Part shown: positions 52,501-64,000 of the stretch, one piece after another | How positions within the stretch are numbered: position 1 is the first letter of the stretch | Layout: every line of letters starts with the position of its first letter | Origin: Yuukianura sp. NJ FZ-2021 | Lineage: Eukaryota | Assembly (NCBI GenBank): GCA_046563655.1 | Contig: CM102283.1 | Coordinates: 9,672,001 to 9,736,000 of the forward strand | Length of the DNA: 64,000 bases | Direction: 5' to 3' | The notes under the pieces: model-generated | Database searches by the model: none | What the model saw: the letters and a program-made list of their open reading frames with translations, nothing else | Told to the model about the DNA's origin: nothing | Made by a program: the position numbers and the translations under genes

Positions 52501-55500
52501 CCCTACGGCACGCGGCAACCAAAATTTGAAAAGGAAGTGACACATTTCCAACAAAAATTTAAGCCAGGCGGTCTATTCAAAATTTTACAAAAACTAAATT
52601 CATCACTCCCATTCAAAAAGTTTTTTGAATTAACTTTCTGCTCAATTCATCTTTTGTTACTTTTTAATCACAAAATAATTGCCACTTTTTGATTTAGAGT
52701 GACACACTTCTTGTATTTTCAAATTTGAAAATTTCAACCGCCAAAGTTAAAAAACTTTCACCTGCTTTTTTTTTAGATTTGAAAAAAACTTGCCGACTGC
52801 CTTTGGTTAAAAACTGAAATTGAGGAATTAATTAGAAAGTAGTTGTAAATTAATTTGAGCTGTTTGGCGCGTGTTTCAAAGGGGGCCCTTAATGATGACA
52901 GGTGGTTGAAGGGCCCAGGGTGCGTGTGAGGGCCCTTCGGAGTGAAAGTGATGCAAAAGGTAATGTGTTTTGTCCATTATCTCCTCAGAATCTATCCCTT
53001 CCGTGTGTTCCAAAAGTTAGAGGGAAGATGGCAAAGGATTTAAATGTGGGGCCATTTAGACTAAAAGTTGATCAGGAATAATTTGAAAATGGAGCGGGAA
53101 AGTGTACTTTTAGGGGGCCCTTGGATTGGTGATGTGGGCCCTTGGACTGATAAAGGCGGGTCTTAAGGGATCCTAAAATTATACCCGGGTATTAGGAACC
53201 TCATCCGAATAGATTCCTTTTGTTCATTGTTTGACTCAATGACTAAATGCTTTTATTCCCTTTTGTCCAATTTCAAACATGTTTCAACAAAGCTGACTTC
53301 GAAAAAAAATTCGAAATATTTTGAGCCTTGACTCTGAAAAGTACAGTGAATTTTTTTTTCTAAAATTTTATGATTAAAATTTCCAAAATTTGTAAGACTT
53401 CGGAGAGTTGAAGAGAAAGGCTGATTGGAAAAACGTAAATCCTAATCTCCTTTGAGGGTAGTTCGTTTAGTGAAAGTAATAATAAGGGCCCCTGTAAGTC
53501 CTCCTAAGGCCGCAGACTGGTTAGGTTATGAAGACTAAGGCTTCTTAAGTCCATTGTTAGTGAGAGTGATTCAGAGGGCCCTTAAGTCCACAGTTGTATT
53601 GATTCGTATTCATGGAGATGACTGTGGAGGGATGAGTAACAGGTGATTTATGGTCTGGTCCATATGTGACTCTTTCCAAAGGGCTCCATCACACGCAATA
53701 AGTTAAGGGCAGGGAGCCCTTAGCAAAGTCAAAGTGTCCATTACAATTCATGTGCCAAGGACTTAAGGGACATAGTGCAATCCATGTGGAATGGATCTGA
53801 ATTGAGCGTGAAGAATTGATGACCATGGTGACAAAGTGCCCACTTCCGTTTTTAGTCACTTCAAATTTTACCGCTGTAGGAAAATTCAAATTTTTAGTCT
53901 AAAAATGTTGAAAAACCGAGTTTTTTGAGTTTTTGAAAGAGAAAGGAGCGGGAAGTTTTAATTTTGGGTGAAAGTGGATGATGACGTTGTTGTCCAAGAT
54001 GGTGGATTTCCTGGAAAGAGAAAGTATAAATTAGCATAGTAGGTCTTAGTGCATTGTAATGGCAGGAGGAGGGGGTGGTAAGGAAACCCCTCCCCTTTTA
54101 TGTCTTGACCCCCACAACAACCCCCCCCCCTCTGCTATACACTTTTCCTGATTAGAAAGTGGGGGGAGGGGAAGAAATAGAAAAGAAATCGACCCGAAAT
54201 AAAATAAACCCAAAGCCTCAAACTCCTTCTCCGCTCGATTTCCAACTTTCCCTCTTCACTCTCAACACAAAGTTGCCAAAAAGAAAGTTTTGGGGCTGAC
54301 AAAGTACTGCGAAGGACTTTCTCTTTTTGTGCTTCCATCCGCACAAAAATTTAACAAGTCAAAGGCCACATGAACTCACAAGAGAAAAGCGTTCAAGGAT
54401 TCTTCAGTGCGTATGCGTCGTCAGCACTCTGAAAATGTTCTAAAAAAAAGTAATTTTTCTAGGCCAAAGTTCTAAAAATGAAAATCCAATCAACGCAAAG
54501 GAAAAAAAGTAATTTTTAGTTTAATTTTTAAATTTCATCAATCAAGTTGAGTGTGTGTGGCTTTTGTTTATTTCTAATTTAATCCAACTGCGTATTGACT
54601 TTCTTCATCTTTCTAAATTTTTCAAATTCAGATTTGAAACGGGAGAAAGTTTTTGTTTATTTCGAACTGAAATTGCTCTGTTTTAGTTTTGTTTTTTAGT
54701 TTTTGTGAAAGTAAAAATAGAGTTTGTTGATTCATTAGGCTAATGAATGCCTCCGGCATTTATGGATCTTCCATTATTCACAAAGTGGCGGGCATTTTGA
54801 AAAGGTAGAAGAGTTTAGTGCTTCTAAATACAAGTACTCATTTAAAAATCGATTTAATTGAAACTCCTCAAAGGCAGTAAAACCAAAAAACCGAATTTGA
54901 AAAACGAATTTGAGTGTCAGATGGGCACAAAAAGTATTTTTTGTGTCCTAATGGACACGGTTGCTTTCAAAACCATTCAACTATTAATAGCTCATGATCA
55001 CAAAGTCACTGATCTCATATACTGATAACAACCAACAACTTTCACTCAACTTTTTAGATTCCGCAGTTTCTAATTTCTAAAAATAATTAACTAAATTATT
55101 AGAATAACGCCAGGAGAAGTTGGAAAGTTGAACATTACAAAATTTTTAGTGCCATATTGCCCAAATTTTGTAAATTTTATGCCGTGTGGCTTCAGAGATC
55201 ATCTTTTGTCGCGTGCAGCATATTATACACTTATCTGATTTTCAAAAAAGTTACACACACCTGTCTCATTTTGTTTCTTTTTTCAAAAATTACCGCCACA
55301 CGCAATGATCTGCTCATCTCTCAAAAATTTTAGTCAACATAATACATACTTTTTAAAAACTCAACTTTTGAGATTAGGAAATTTTAAAATTTCGAGAAAG
55401 CAATATCAAAGTGAAAGTTGCGGACTGTTTGTGTTTGTTTTTTGAGGTTTTTTAGTTCTGTGAAAGATCCAAAAGTGTTATCAGATACTTTCCATCTTTC

Positions 55501-58500
55501 ACCAGATTTTGAAGGACTTTACGCATGACTTTGAAAAATATTTTTGAAAGTACTGCCAAGCACTTTCTTTTTTTTTAAGCTTATTTTTTAAACTTGAGTT
55601 TTGAAAACATGTCTCTTCCATTTTACTGGCCATGTGCCAATCTTTGTTCTAAAACAAGCAGAATTTGAACAAGATCTTGTTCTAAAAAAAAGTTTTCCCT
55701 GATGATTTGATGGATTACAAATTGTGAAAGGGTTGAAGAAGAGAAAGCCTTAGTAATTTGCAGGGCGGTTTCCCTCGTTACTAAACATCACTCATTCTTT
55801 TCTATTTGAACAAGAAGCGGGAAGCTGGAAGTGGGATTGACATGCCACGTGACCTGCCACAAGTTCCAGCGATACGCTCCGGCTTAATCTCTCTCCATGA
55901 TTATGGTTTTGCGCCTATTTCCAAAGTACAAATTGACTAGGAAGGGCCCTTGAAGGGATTCAAGGGCCCTCTTACTCCGTCTTTACTTCTAAACCTCCTC
56001 TGTCTAAATATTTAGTTACAATTAGTCAATCGGCAGCAAAACTACAAAAAAAAACTCCGATTTTTTTTTGCAAAAACGGAGCCCTTACCGCCTCCACTTT
56101 GGTTTAGGCACGCGACCAAGGGGGCCCTTAATCTTTTCGTTAAAAAAAATTCAAGTCCTGTTCGAAAAGTCAAGAGTAGAAGTTCCTTGGGCATTTTTTG
56201 AATTTCATTATTCAAAACAAGGTTTTTGTTTAGTTTTTTGAAAAACGAGAGTTGTTCATTTTGAAAAAGGGGGGAAGAGTGAAAATATGCAAAGAGAAAT
56301 CGACTTTCTTCCCCTTTCTCTTTTTTTGTTGCTCCAAGGAAGTTGACTAAAAGTTAATATTACAATAGATGAAAAAAACTCGCATGAGAATATGAGATTT
56401 AAATTGAAACTCCTTGGAGAGTTTCCTTTTTATGAAAATCTAAACAAATTTTTTAGAAAAGAGATTTTGGAAATCCCTGAAGAAAAATTGAGTGTGTAAA
56501 CAATCAAAGTACGGAAAGGGCCCCCCTCCAAACTTCATGTTCCGGAACGACACAGGGGCCCTTTGCTATTACAATAAAAAACTGTTGACTTTTCGGTTGA
56601 TAAAAAATTTGGACGTAATGAAATTAGTTTTGATTTCAATTGGAAAATATGTTGCTGTTGTGACTTTGAAGGGGCCAGGGGGGACTTGTTCAATTGGAAT
56701 GATGGAATATCCGAATTGTCCAGTCAAGAGCATGATCACTTGGTTTTGAGAAGAGGGGTACTTTTTTTGGAAAACCGCGCGGGATGATACATCATCGGGG
56801 GCCCTTCATTTTTTTCCTCTCCCGGGTGTCTCGTTTGTACTTGAGCTTTCTCTGGATGTGTTACACACCCGAAATCGTGTACTTTTCCTCTTTACAATTC
56901 AGTAAGGGCCGGGGGTACTTAGAGTCATGATAGTTATCATGCAGAGTCATTAGAACATTTGTGAAGTCCCTTTGCTCTGGTGTCCTATGTTTTCCATTGA
57001 TTGAACAGTCTACCTCATGCTGAGTGTCCCTGAATGGTGTGCCCATATGTCCACTTTTTCAATTTTCCCGCTCACGAGGTCCCTTATGAAGGGCACCCAC
57101 AGTTCCAACTGAGAAAGTCAAAGTGAAAGTCATTCTGATCGTCAAGGGCCCCTGTCGTGGTAGTGGATTTTAGAGCAAGTGCTAAGGGATCGACATGGTC
57201 CTTCAAAAATTAGTTCTCAACTTACAAGACATTCCACATAAAATTCTGGGTAAGAATTTTGTTTCAAGAAAGAATTAAGGGCTCAGTATATTTTGGCTAG
57301 TTCGGGAATATTTTGAGATTCCGAATATGAATTTGAATTTTTAAATTTCCATAAAAAAGGAAAATGCACTTTAGTGAATTTGTTAGCTTTATCCTGACAT
57401 TTTCCAAAAGTCCTTCTGTAGAAAGTTAGAAGGTGTGATGGTCTTTTAAAAAAACAATATTTTGGAATTTTTAAAGTTTCCATAAAAAAGGAAAATGCAC
57501 GGTAGTGAATTTGCTAGCCGAATCCTGACTTTTTCCAAAAGTCCTCCTATAGTAAGTTGGAAGGTGTGACGGTGTTTAAAAAAAATATTTTGGAATATTT
57601 CTAAAGAGTGTCGAAATTTTGTATGTGTTACAGGAATTTGGAGATACTTTTAGAACAAAACTGTTCCGTGCTGTTTTGTCTTTGAAAATGAAAGTACAAT
57701 TTCACTTTTAATGAAATTTTGAAACTTTTTTTTTGTTTCAGCTACGATTCCGCGGTGTGCTGGGTGTGACGGTATGATCCTGGACCGGTTTATTTTGAAA
57801 GTGGTTGAGCAGACGTGGCATTCCCGGTGCCTGAAGTGCGTAGACTGCGAAGTGAGCCTCACTACGACGTGCTTTCTCAAGAATGGGCAACTCTTCTGCA
57901 AGGAAGACTTTTTCAAGTATGCCATTCCTCACAGTTCCAGTTCCAAGTAAATTGGTTGTTTTCACACAACATTTCATACTTAAACTATAACTTGTGTCAA
58001 CTCACCTCTTTTCAAACAAAAAGTCAAAGGTCAATTCTAAAAGTCGCAAGGTCAGACGAAAAAGTCACAAAAGTTGGTCAGTTGGCACAATTATCTGAGT
58101 TTTAGACGCCACCCGAAACATTTTCTAATTTTTCCCTTTGCCTTTAATAAGTTAAGCGCTGCACAACTTTTGTTCAAACTTTTCAACAACTTTTTTAAAA
58201 TGTAGAAATGTTGTTCTAAATTTTTTTTTAAATTGTAGACGTTTTGGTACGCGATGTGCTGGTTGTGGTGAGGGAATTCCACCGACGATGATTGTGAACA
58301 GAGTGCATGACAATGTGTATCATCTCCAATGCTTCTCCTGCATCATTTGCAGCAAACAACTCAACACGGGAGACGAATTCTATTTGATGGAAGATCGGAA
58401 ACTAGTGTGCAAATCAGACTATGATACACGGTCCAAAAGCCAACTCATCCTAGGTACAAAAGTTCAAAATTTTGATTCTAAAATGAAGATTTTGAAAGTA

Positions 58501-61393
58501 TTTTTAAAATTTTAGATGGGAATGGATGTTCAGACTCTGGTGGAGACGCTCCCAACAAAAGACCAAGGACGACAATTACTGCAAAACAGTTAGAGACGCT
58601 GAAGAGTGCGTACAACGCAAGTCCAAAACCAGCGAGGCATGTACGAGAACAATTGTCACAAGATACGGGACTGGACATGCGCGTAGTCCAAGTCTGGTTC
58701 CAAAATCGGTCAGTTTTCAAAATTTCATAAAAATTCATAATTTGATTTTCAATTTTTCAATTTGGTAAAAAAGAAGCAAATATTTGTTGATTATGAACCT
58801 CGCTTTTCCCTGGAGAGACTTTGTTTCATTTCCCAAGTGCTTCACTTTTATTCGATGAGCGAAGGAAAGGCCCCCTCAGAAATGTCTACCAGAAACTAGA
58901 GTTCTGGATCCGTACCAAAATGGCCAATGAAAAACACGCCAAAATCTTTCTAAGAAAACTTTCCCAGATTTTTGAATCATGATATGGTTTGTGTTTCGCT
59001 TTGGAAGTTTTTGGGTATTTTTGTTTTGGGTATTTTAATTTTGGGGATTTTTGTGAAAATATTTCACAGAGTAGTGTATACCTACGACATTGGCCAATGA
59101 AAAATACACCAAAGTTTTTTTTGAAAATTTTTTACATTTTTTTTCTCGAAACACAGTTGTGTTTGGATGTTGAACTTTTTTGGGTATTTTTGTTTTGGAT
59201 ACTTTTGTTTTGGCTCGTTTTGTGCAAGTACACTCGGTGGCCCTTAATGGACCAATTAATCACTTGAATGTCACTGTGGACACAGACGTCAAGAACCCCT
59301 TCCTCTCCCTGCTGAATTTCATCAATTCCCTCCTCCGTTTGTTTACGCTCTTAAAGTGGATCACTCCAATTCAACTAAGCGCCACTTTTCAAATTTCAAA
59401 ATCACTCCAGTCATCCCTCGCACAACAACTTTGTCATGGACACTTTTATGACGTCCATAAAACGATACAAAGCTCACAATTAGTTCCAACCAGCATTTAG
59501 TCCTCCAATCCGTCACGCTCTCTTTTCACAATTTCCAAATTTCCAAAATCCGAAATGTTCAAATTTTGATGTCAAAATCTGGAAAAGTTCAAATTTTGAA
59601 GCTCGGCGTTGAGTGGTAGTTTCAATTAGTTTGTTTTTCCCTCGGAACAGAGAAAGTTCCAAGGAATTTTTCATCTTGAGAAATGAATTTGTGGAGAGAA
59701 AATTATTAAGAAGACAAAAGAGCGGGAGCGGGTGACTTTTGAAGTTGGTGGAGATTAAGTTTTTTCGGCTCCACTTTTTGGGGCTAACGAGAAAGCGAGC
59801 TGGCGGGGATCCTTGGTTTCTGTGCATTTCGTGACACGGTTGCTTAGCAACGAATCCTAAAATTCATCTTCTCTCTTCCTTCTGTTCAGAAACCATAAAG
59901 TTTCTCAATCGTTGGACTACTCTAACTTTCTCCTTCTCCAAATGCTCTCCGAATGTGTTTCAGAAAAGAGAAAGTTGGTGAAAGGAGCAAAGCCACGCTT
60001 TCTCTTTTCCATTTTCAACTAGGGGGAACTCAAGCGAAAGCAGAAATCCAATAAAAATGAAAAACAAAATGGAAGAATCTTCCGCTTTTTCAAGAAATCC
60101 TGAATCCAAAAGCATAAAATTTAATAAACTTATGACTTTTCTACCAAAATATAAAAATTTTCATGAAATTTCCAATTTTGATTAGATTGTTTAGGTACAT
60201 TTGTGTACAAATGGCAAAGCCACTTGTGGGTTTTCAATTTAAGAAGAAATATTTCCAAAATTAAAAATTTTCAAAAAATTTTGAAAAGGAATTGACTTTG
60301 AAGTGGAGAAAGTCCAAATTTGAAAAAATTGAGTTAAGTAAAAGGTAAAATAGAAATCAATAGATTGAAAAAAATCTGATTTTTTCGTTTTTTGTGTGTT
60401 GTTTGAACAGGAGAGCAAAGGAGAAGCGTCTGAAGAAGGACGCTGGAAGGACTCGGTGGGGTCAATATTTCAGGGGACTTAAGGGCTCGTCCAGATCTGA
60501 TGGAAAATCGGATATTCTCAAAGATGGAGGAGACAAGAGTGACTCTGAGTCTGTCTTTAATCATAGTAAGTGCTCCTCACTTTCAAAAAAACGATTTCCA
60601 ATTCTTTCATTTCCTTTTTTACGGTTTTTGAAAGTTGTCCATTCTGAAATTCAAAGTTTGGATTTGAATAGTTTTTGAATAGTTGAAGGGACAATGTGTT
60701 TGTGTTAATGGTAAAAGTGGGAGTGAAAGTGTGGGGATTAGACAGAGAGCCCTTGGAATGAATCAGGGGGGACTTAAGGGAGAAAGTGAAGGGAGAGAGT
60801 CAATTTGTTAATAGATTTCTACTATGATCCTAATCAATTCAATCACTACGGGCAGAGAGGGGACAATTTTAATTCTGTGCGTGTTTGGTCAGAGCTTTCT
60901 AATCCAAAAAGGGATACGCGGGTTCGAATCCCACCGGGTTCTTACTTTTTTTTGAGTTTAACGAGTGATGTGTTGTTGTGTTTAGGTGACCTAAGCAGTA
61001 CTGATGGATATGTGGACATGCCTGACATGGCACCTCAAACTCCGAGTCAGCATGGCAACTATGTTGGAAGTTCGTCACCTTATTCCATTGGACACGACGG
61101 TGGGCCACCGCCGTCGCTCCACCATTTCCCACATTTCACTCCCGATGGCATTCCGGTATATCCACCCATGGGTAATTTCAAAAATTCAATTTTCAATTTT
61201 TCAAAGTTTTCAAATTTTCAAAAATTTTCATCTTTTTGAATTAGGTGCCAATGGTTTAGTGACATCTTCACCACTTGGTCCTGGTGATATTGGTCCAAAT
61301 GGATCCCACCATCCTCCATATGCAGAGTACCCTCCATCTCCAGCCTCTTGGCTTAGCGATGTTGACTCTAATGCAAATAATCCACAGTACTAA
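49552..61393 (+). CDS. Lim3: LIM-homeobox protein Lim3 (Lhx3/Lhx4), ~447 aa; join(49552..49822,57742..57916,58239..58453,58516..58708,60411..60565,60986..61171,61245..61393)
   Basis: Two LIM domains: [19 protein letters not shown]...CKEDFFKRFGT and [11 protein letters not shown]...[19 protein letters not shown]. The homeodomain [72 protein letters not shown] is diagnostic of Lhx3/4, and the C-terminus has [13 protein letters not shown]. All introns are GT-AG and phase-consistent. AATAAA lies near 61667. Confidence 0.96.
49811..49901 (+). repeat. 30-bp tandem triplication spanning the Lim3 exon-1 donor
   Basis: GAGCCCTTGAAGGTACATTTTCACTTTTCA / GAGCCATTGAAGCTACATTTTCGCTTTTCA / AAGCTCTTCATGGTACATTTTTTCGCTTTTC. 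Confidence 0.75.
50413..50489. repeat. Three short direct repeats of CAGAGTTGGGCAT
   Basis: Directly visible in Lim3 intron 1. Confidence 0.7.
57195..57249 (+). CDS. Lim3: Candidate alternative first coding exon of Lim3 ([18 protein letters not shown]), splicing to 57742
   Basis: An ATG-initiated open 55 nt ends at a strong donor (TGG|GTAAGA) in phase 1, matching the phase of the first LIM exon. Confidence 0.6.
57338..57600. repeat. ~130-bp tandem duplication
   Basis: TTTCCATAAAAAAGGAAAATGCAC...TTTTCCAAAAGTCC...GAAGGTGTGA..GGT occurs twice, 130 bp apart. Confidence 0.8.
58921..59235. repeat. ~170-bp degenerate tandem duplication in a Lim3 intron
   Basis: TGGCCAATGAAAAA starts at 58921 and 59091, and each is followed by TTTTTGGGTATTTTTGTTTTGG. 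Confidence 0.7.
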
Positions 61394-62450
61394 AACTAAT
61401 TAACACTTAACTACTCAACTAAAGCACAATGTATTTATTTATTTCCAATCAATGAACAATCTTAGTCTCTCAAAAGTTAGCAAAAGTTCAAAGTTCAGTA
61501 AAAAATTATTGCACTTAACTTTGATTTGTCAGTTCCAACTTTTAGTTTGTTTTAAAAAGTAGTTTTAATTTAACTATTTTAAAATTCGTATGTACAAAAC
61601 GTAATTTACCGTCACCTTTGTAAACTGTAACTAACAGAGGACTAACTTCAAATCAAAATCAAGAACAATAAAACCCAAATTGCAAATGTCATTTTTCATA
61701 AACATAAAAGTTAAAAACCATCATTCTTCTCCTTTCTCGGAAAATATTGAAGCTTAACTTTCACTTTCACCCGAACAGTGATTTTTGAATGACTTTCACT
61801 CATAGCGTTCTACACGGTTTAACTGTAAGCGTGCAGCGCCATCTCTTGATGGAGAATGCAAACGCGGAATTTTCAAAAAATTTAAACGCGCCTACCCGCT
61901 AAAATTCAAACTAAATTTCTATTGTTGTGGTTTTGATTTTTTGTCCAGCAATTTTTTTTAGCATTTTTATAAAAAAAAAAATGCAAATTACTACAGCAGA
62001 ATTGGAGCAACATAAACATAAAGCTATAAGTGTTGCATTGGACGCTTGGGAATTTCTGTAAACAAAACAAGGGTTAATCAGCCGTGATTGTTTCCAGTGA
62101 TCATTGTTTGGAATTTACAAGATTGTGATAGCCTTATGTCCGCATTAACACCTAAATCATCAATTAGGATGGTACTTAACAAATTAACAGAACTGTCGTT
62201 AATCTAGCGTTATCAAATGACTATGATACTTTGTTTGTTAAGAACATGAAACACAAGTTTGTTTTACCTTTGAAAAGTAAAATGATGCTGACTTGTTTTA
62301 TAGTGAAACAGACAACTGATCGCCAGCATCAGGAACAGCAATAGCGGCAGCGGTGAACAAGAACTACTGCTTAAATCAAGTGACAGTATCCAGCATCTTG
62401 TACTGGACTACTTGCCTCGTCACTGGTGTGATACTTTTTAAGTTCGTCTG

Positions 62451-64000
62451 ATGCTAAAGGATATGACTACTGACGGAAACTCGTCCAGCGGAAGCAATGG
62501 AATTGAAGTGGCTTTGCTGGAGAAACGTCTGGAAGGACTTCGGGATACACAAGAAAGTGTCCAGGGGCTTTCTCTGTGGTGTCAAGCAAATAAAAAACAC
62601 TCTACACCTATTATTGACACTTGGCTACGCGTTTTGAGAAGAAGTAACGCTTTTACAAACTATTCCATTGACATGTGACATGACATCACACATCTAATCG
62701 TTAAAATTCATCTGTTCTATTCTAGGTCCAGTAGAAAAGAGACTGACGATGTTCTATCTTGCCAATGACGTAGTTCAGCATGCTAAGAAGAAAGGCGACA
62801 CGACCGTTGTCAATCAGTGGGCAGTGGCAACACGTAAGTTTTTAAAAGTAATTCAGTTTTTAAAGGTTTTCATATGAATTAATGACTTTTTTTTTACAAC
62901 AGAAAAGGCAACTCCTCACGTTCGATCCCCTTCTTCCGTTTCAACTGCGATAATCAGGATATTCAAAATATGGGAAGAACGAGGGATTTATTCCAAAGAT
63001 ACCGTTGCTGACTTAATTTCTCTCGTTAGCAAACGTAAGTCCTCACATTCCTCAGAAATGAATCCTTCTGTTTACATTTTGTGTTAATTCTTAGAAAATC
63101 CTACGGGGAAAGAGTTACCGCCCGAATCTAAGAAGAAGCCGGAGATTTACACCGCCAGTGATGAAAAAGTGAAAGAATTCCAGAGCGCTACGTTGATATC
63201 CATGATAAAACAGGCCTTTAAGCTCAAGTCTCATCTTGGGGTAACTTTTCGAACGAAGCAGTATGTCAACATGAACATGGAGCAGTAAGTACAACAACAT
63301 TAATCTCTTACTTAGCAGCATTTATATCAATCTGTTTTTTTTAGACTCATCGCTTCTATTAAGGATCGACAACACGGAATGTCTGTTGGTAAGTGAAAAT
63401 ACGAAATCCAAACGTTGTGTTATAAAAATCATCTTCAAAAACTTTTTTTTTTGTACAGTTGAGAACATGTCTGAATTGCTCGATGCCTGTCGAGTATCAG
63501 AAAACAAATTGGTGCATGAAGTGGACGAGCGACGGAGAATCGTCGAAGCGGCGGAAGTGGCAATTGTTTTTTACGAAAACGTAAGAGCCGAGGCTCTCAT
63601 TGTTAGCAACGCCTACAAAAGTTTTACCGAACGCGTTATCAAAACCAAAAATAAAGTTGATGAGATGATCCGGGCTTTTGCAGGTACCGACAAGACTTCA
63701 AAAATGTTTCTAAACGTTTTTTCTAAAAACGTCTCAAAAACGTTTTTCGTTTTGTGCTTAAAAACACTTTTACAACTTTTTGTTCATCTTTTTGTAGAAA
63801 TGGAAGGCAGTCCAATTCCATCTCCTGATCGACTGTCCCCCTTTGACGAGGTCAAGGTCATGCTACCAAGTTTGGCTGAACTGGAGGCTCGACAAGCTCA
63901 AGTGAACAGCATGTTTCAAAATCAATCAAGTACGAGTCAACAGTCTCTCAATTCCGACGGAAAGACAAACAGCATGATGCAGGGCGGAATGCTGGCGAGT
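62451..64000 (+). CDS. RPRD2: RPRD2-like CTD-interacting domain (CID) protein, 5' part; join(62451..62643,62726..62833,62903..63034,63095..63284,63345..63388,63459..63683,63798..>64000)
   Basis: CID motifs DTQESVQGLSLWC...KKH...IIDTW, RLTMFYLANDVVQ and RIFKIWEERGIY. A coiled-coil region ends EALIVSNAYKSFTERV, followed by SPIPSP as in RPRD2. Introns are phase-consistent GT-AG. The start is 62451 or 62463, and the gene runs off the window. Confidence 0.85.

Noticed and set aside
60880-60940. Possible tRNA gene
   Set aside because: Only a T-arm-like motif is present, with no acceptor or anticodon stem pairing, so it is not called as a tRNA.

Overview
This is AT-rich eukaryotic DNA with short GT-AG introns. 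It is probably from an arthropod, and the composition suggests a springtail-like hexapod (inference). The ORF track is mostly spurious, so I rebuilt genes by hand from splice sites and checked intron phase at every junction. The first ~22 kb is non-coding and presumably regulatory or 5'UTR-intronic. It is followed by an LMO4-type LIM-only gene (+), which carries an antisense CIMAP2/LEXM-like PGPGxY-repeat gene nested between its two LIM exons. Four paralogues of an unrecognised small four-exon gene family (-) lie in two pairs and all end in -RGL*. Next come a truncated SINA/SIAH-like RING-zinc finger gene (+), a complete Lim3/Lhx3-4 LIM-homeobox gene (+) with two candidate first exons, and the 5' part of an RPRD2-like CID gene (+). 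The best novelty candidate is the RGL family: its exons 1-2 are strongly diverged, while exon lengths, the C-terminus, intron 3 and a promoter block with a DR4 element and a GCGCATGCG palindrome are conserved.
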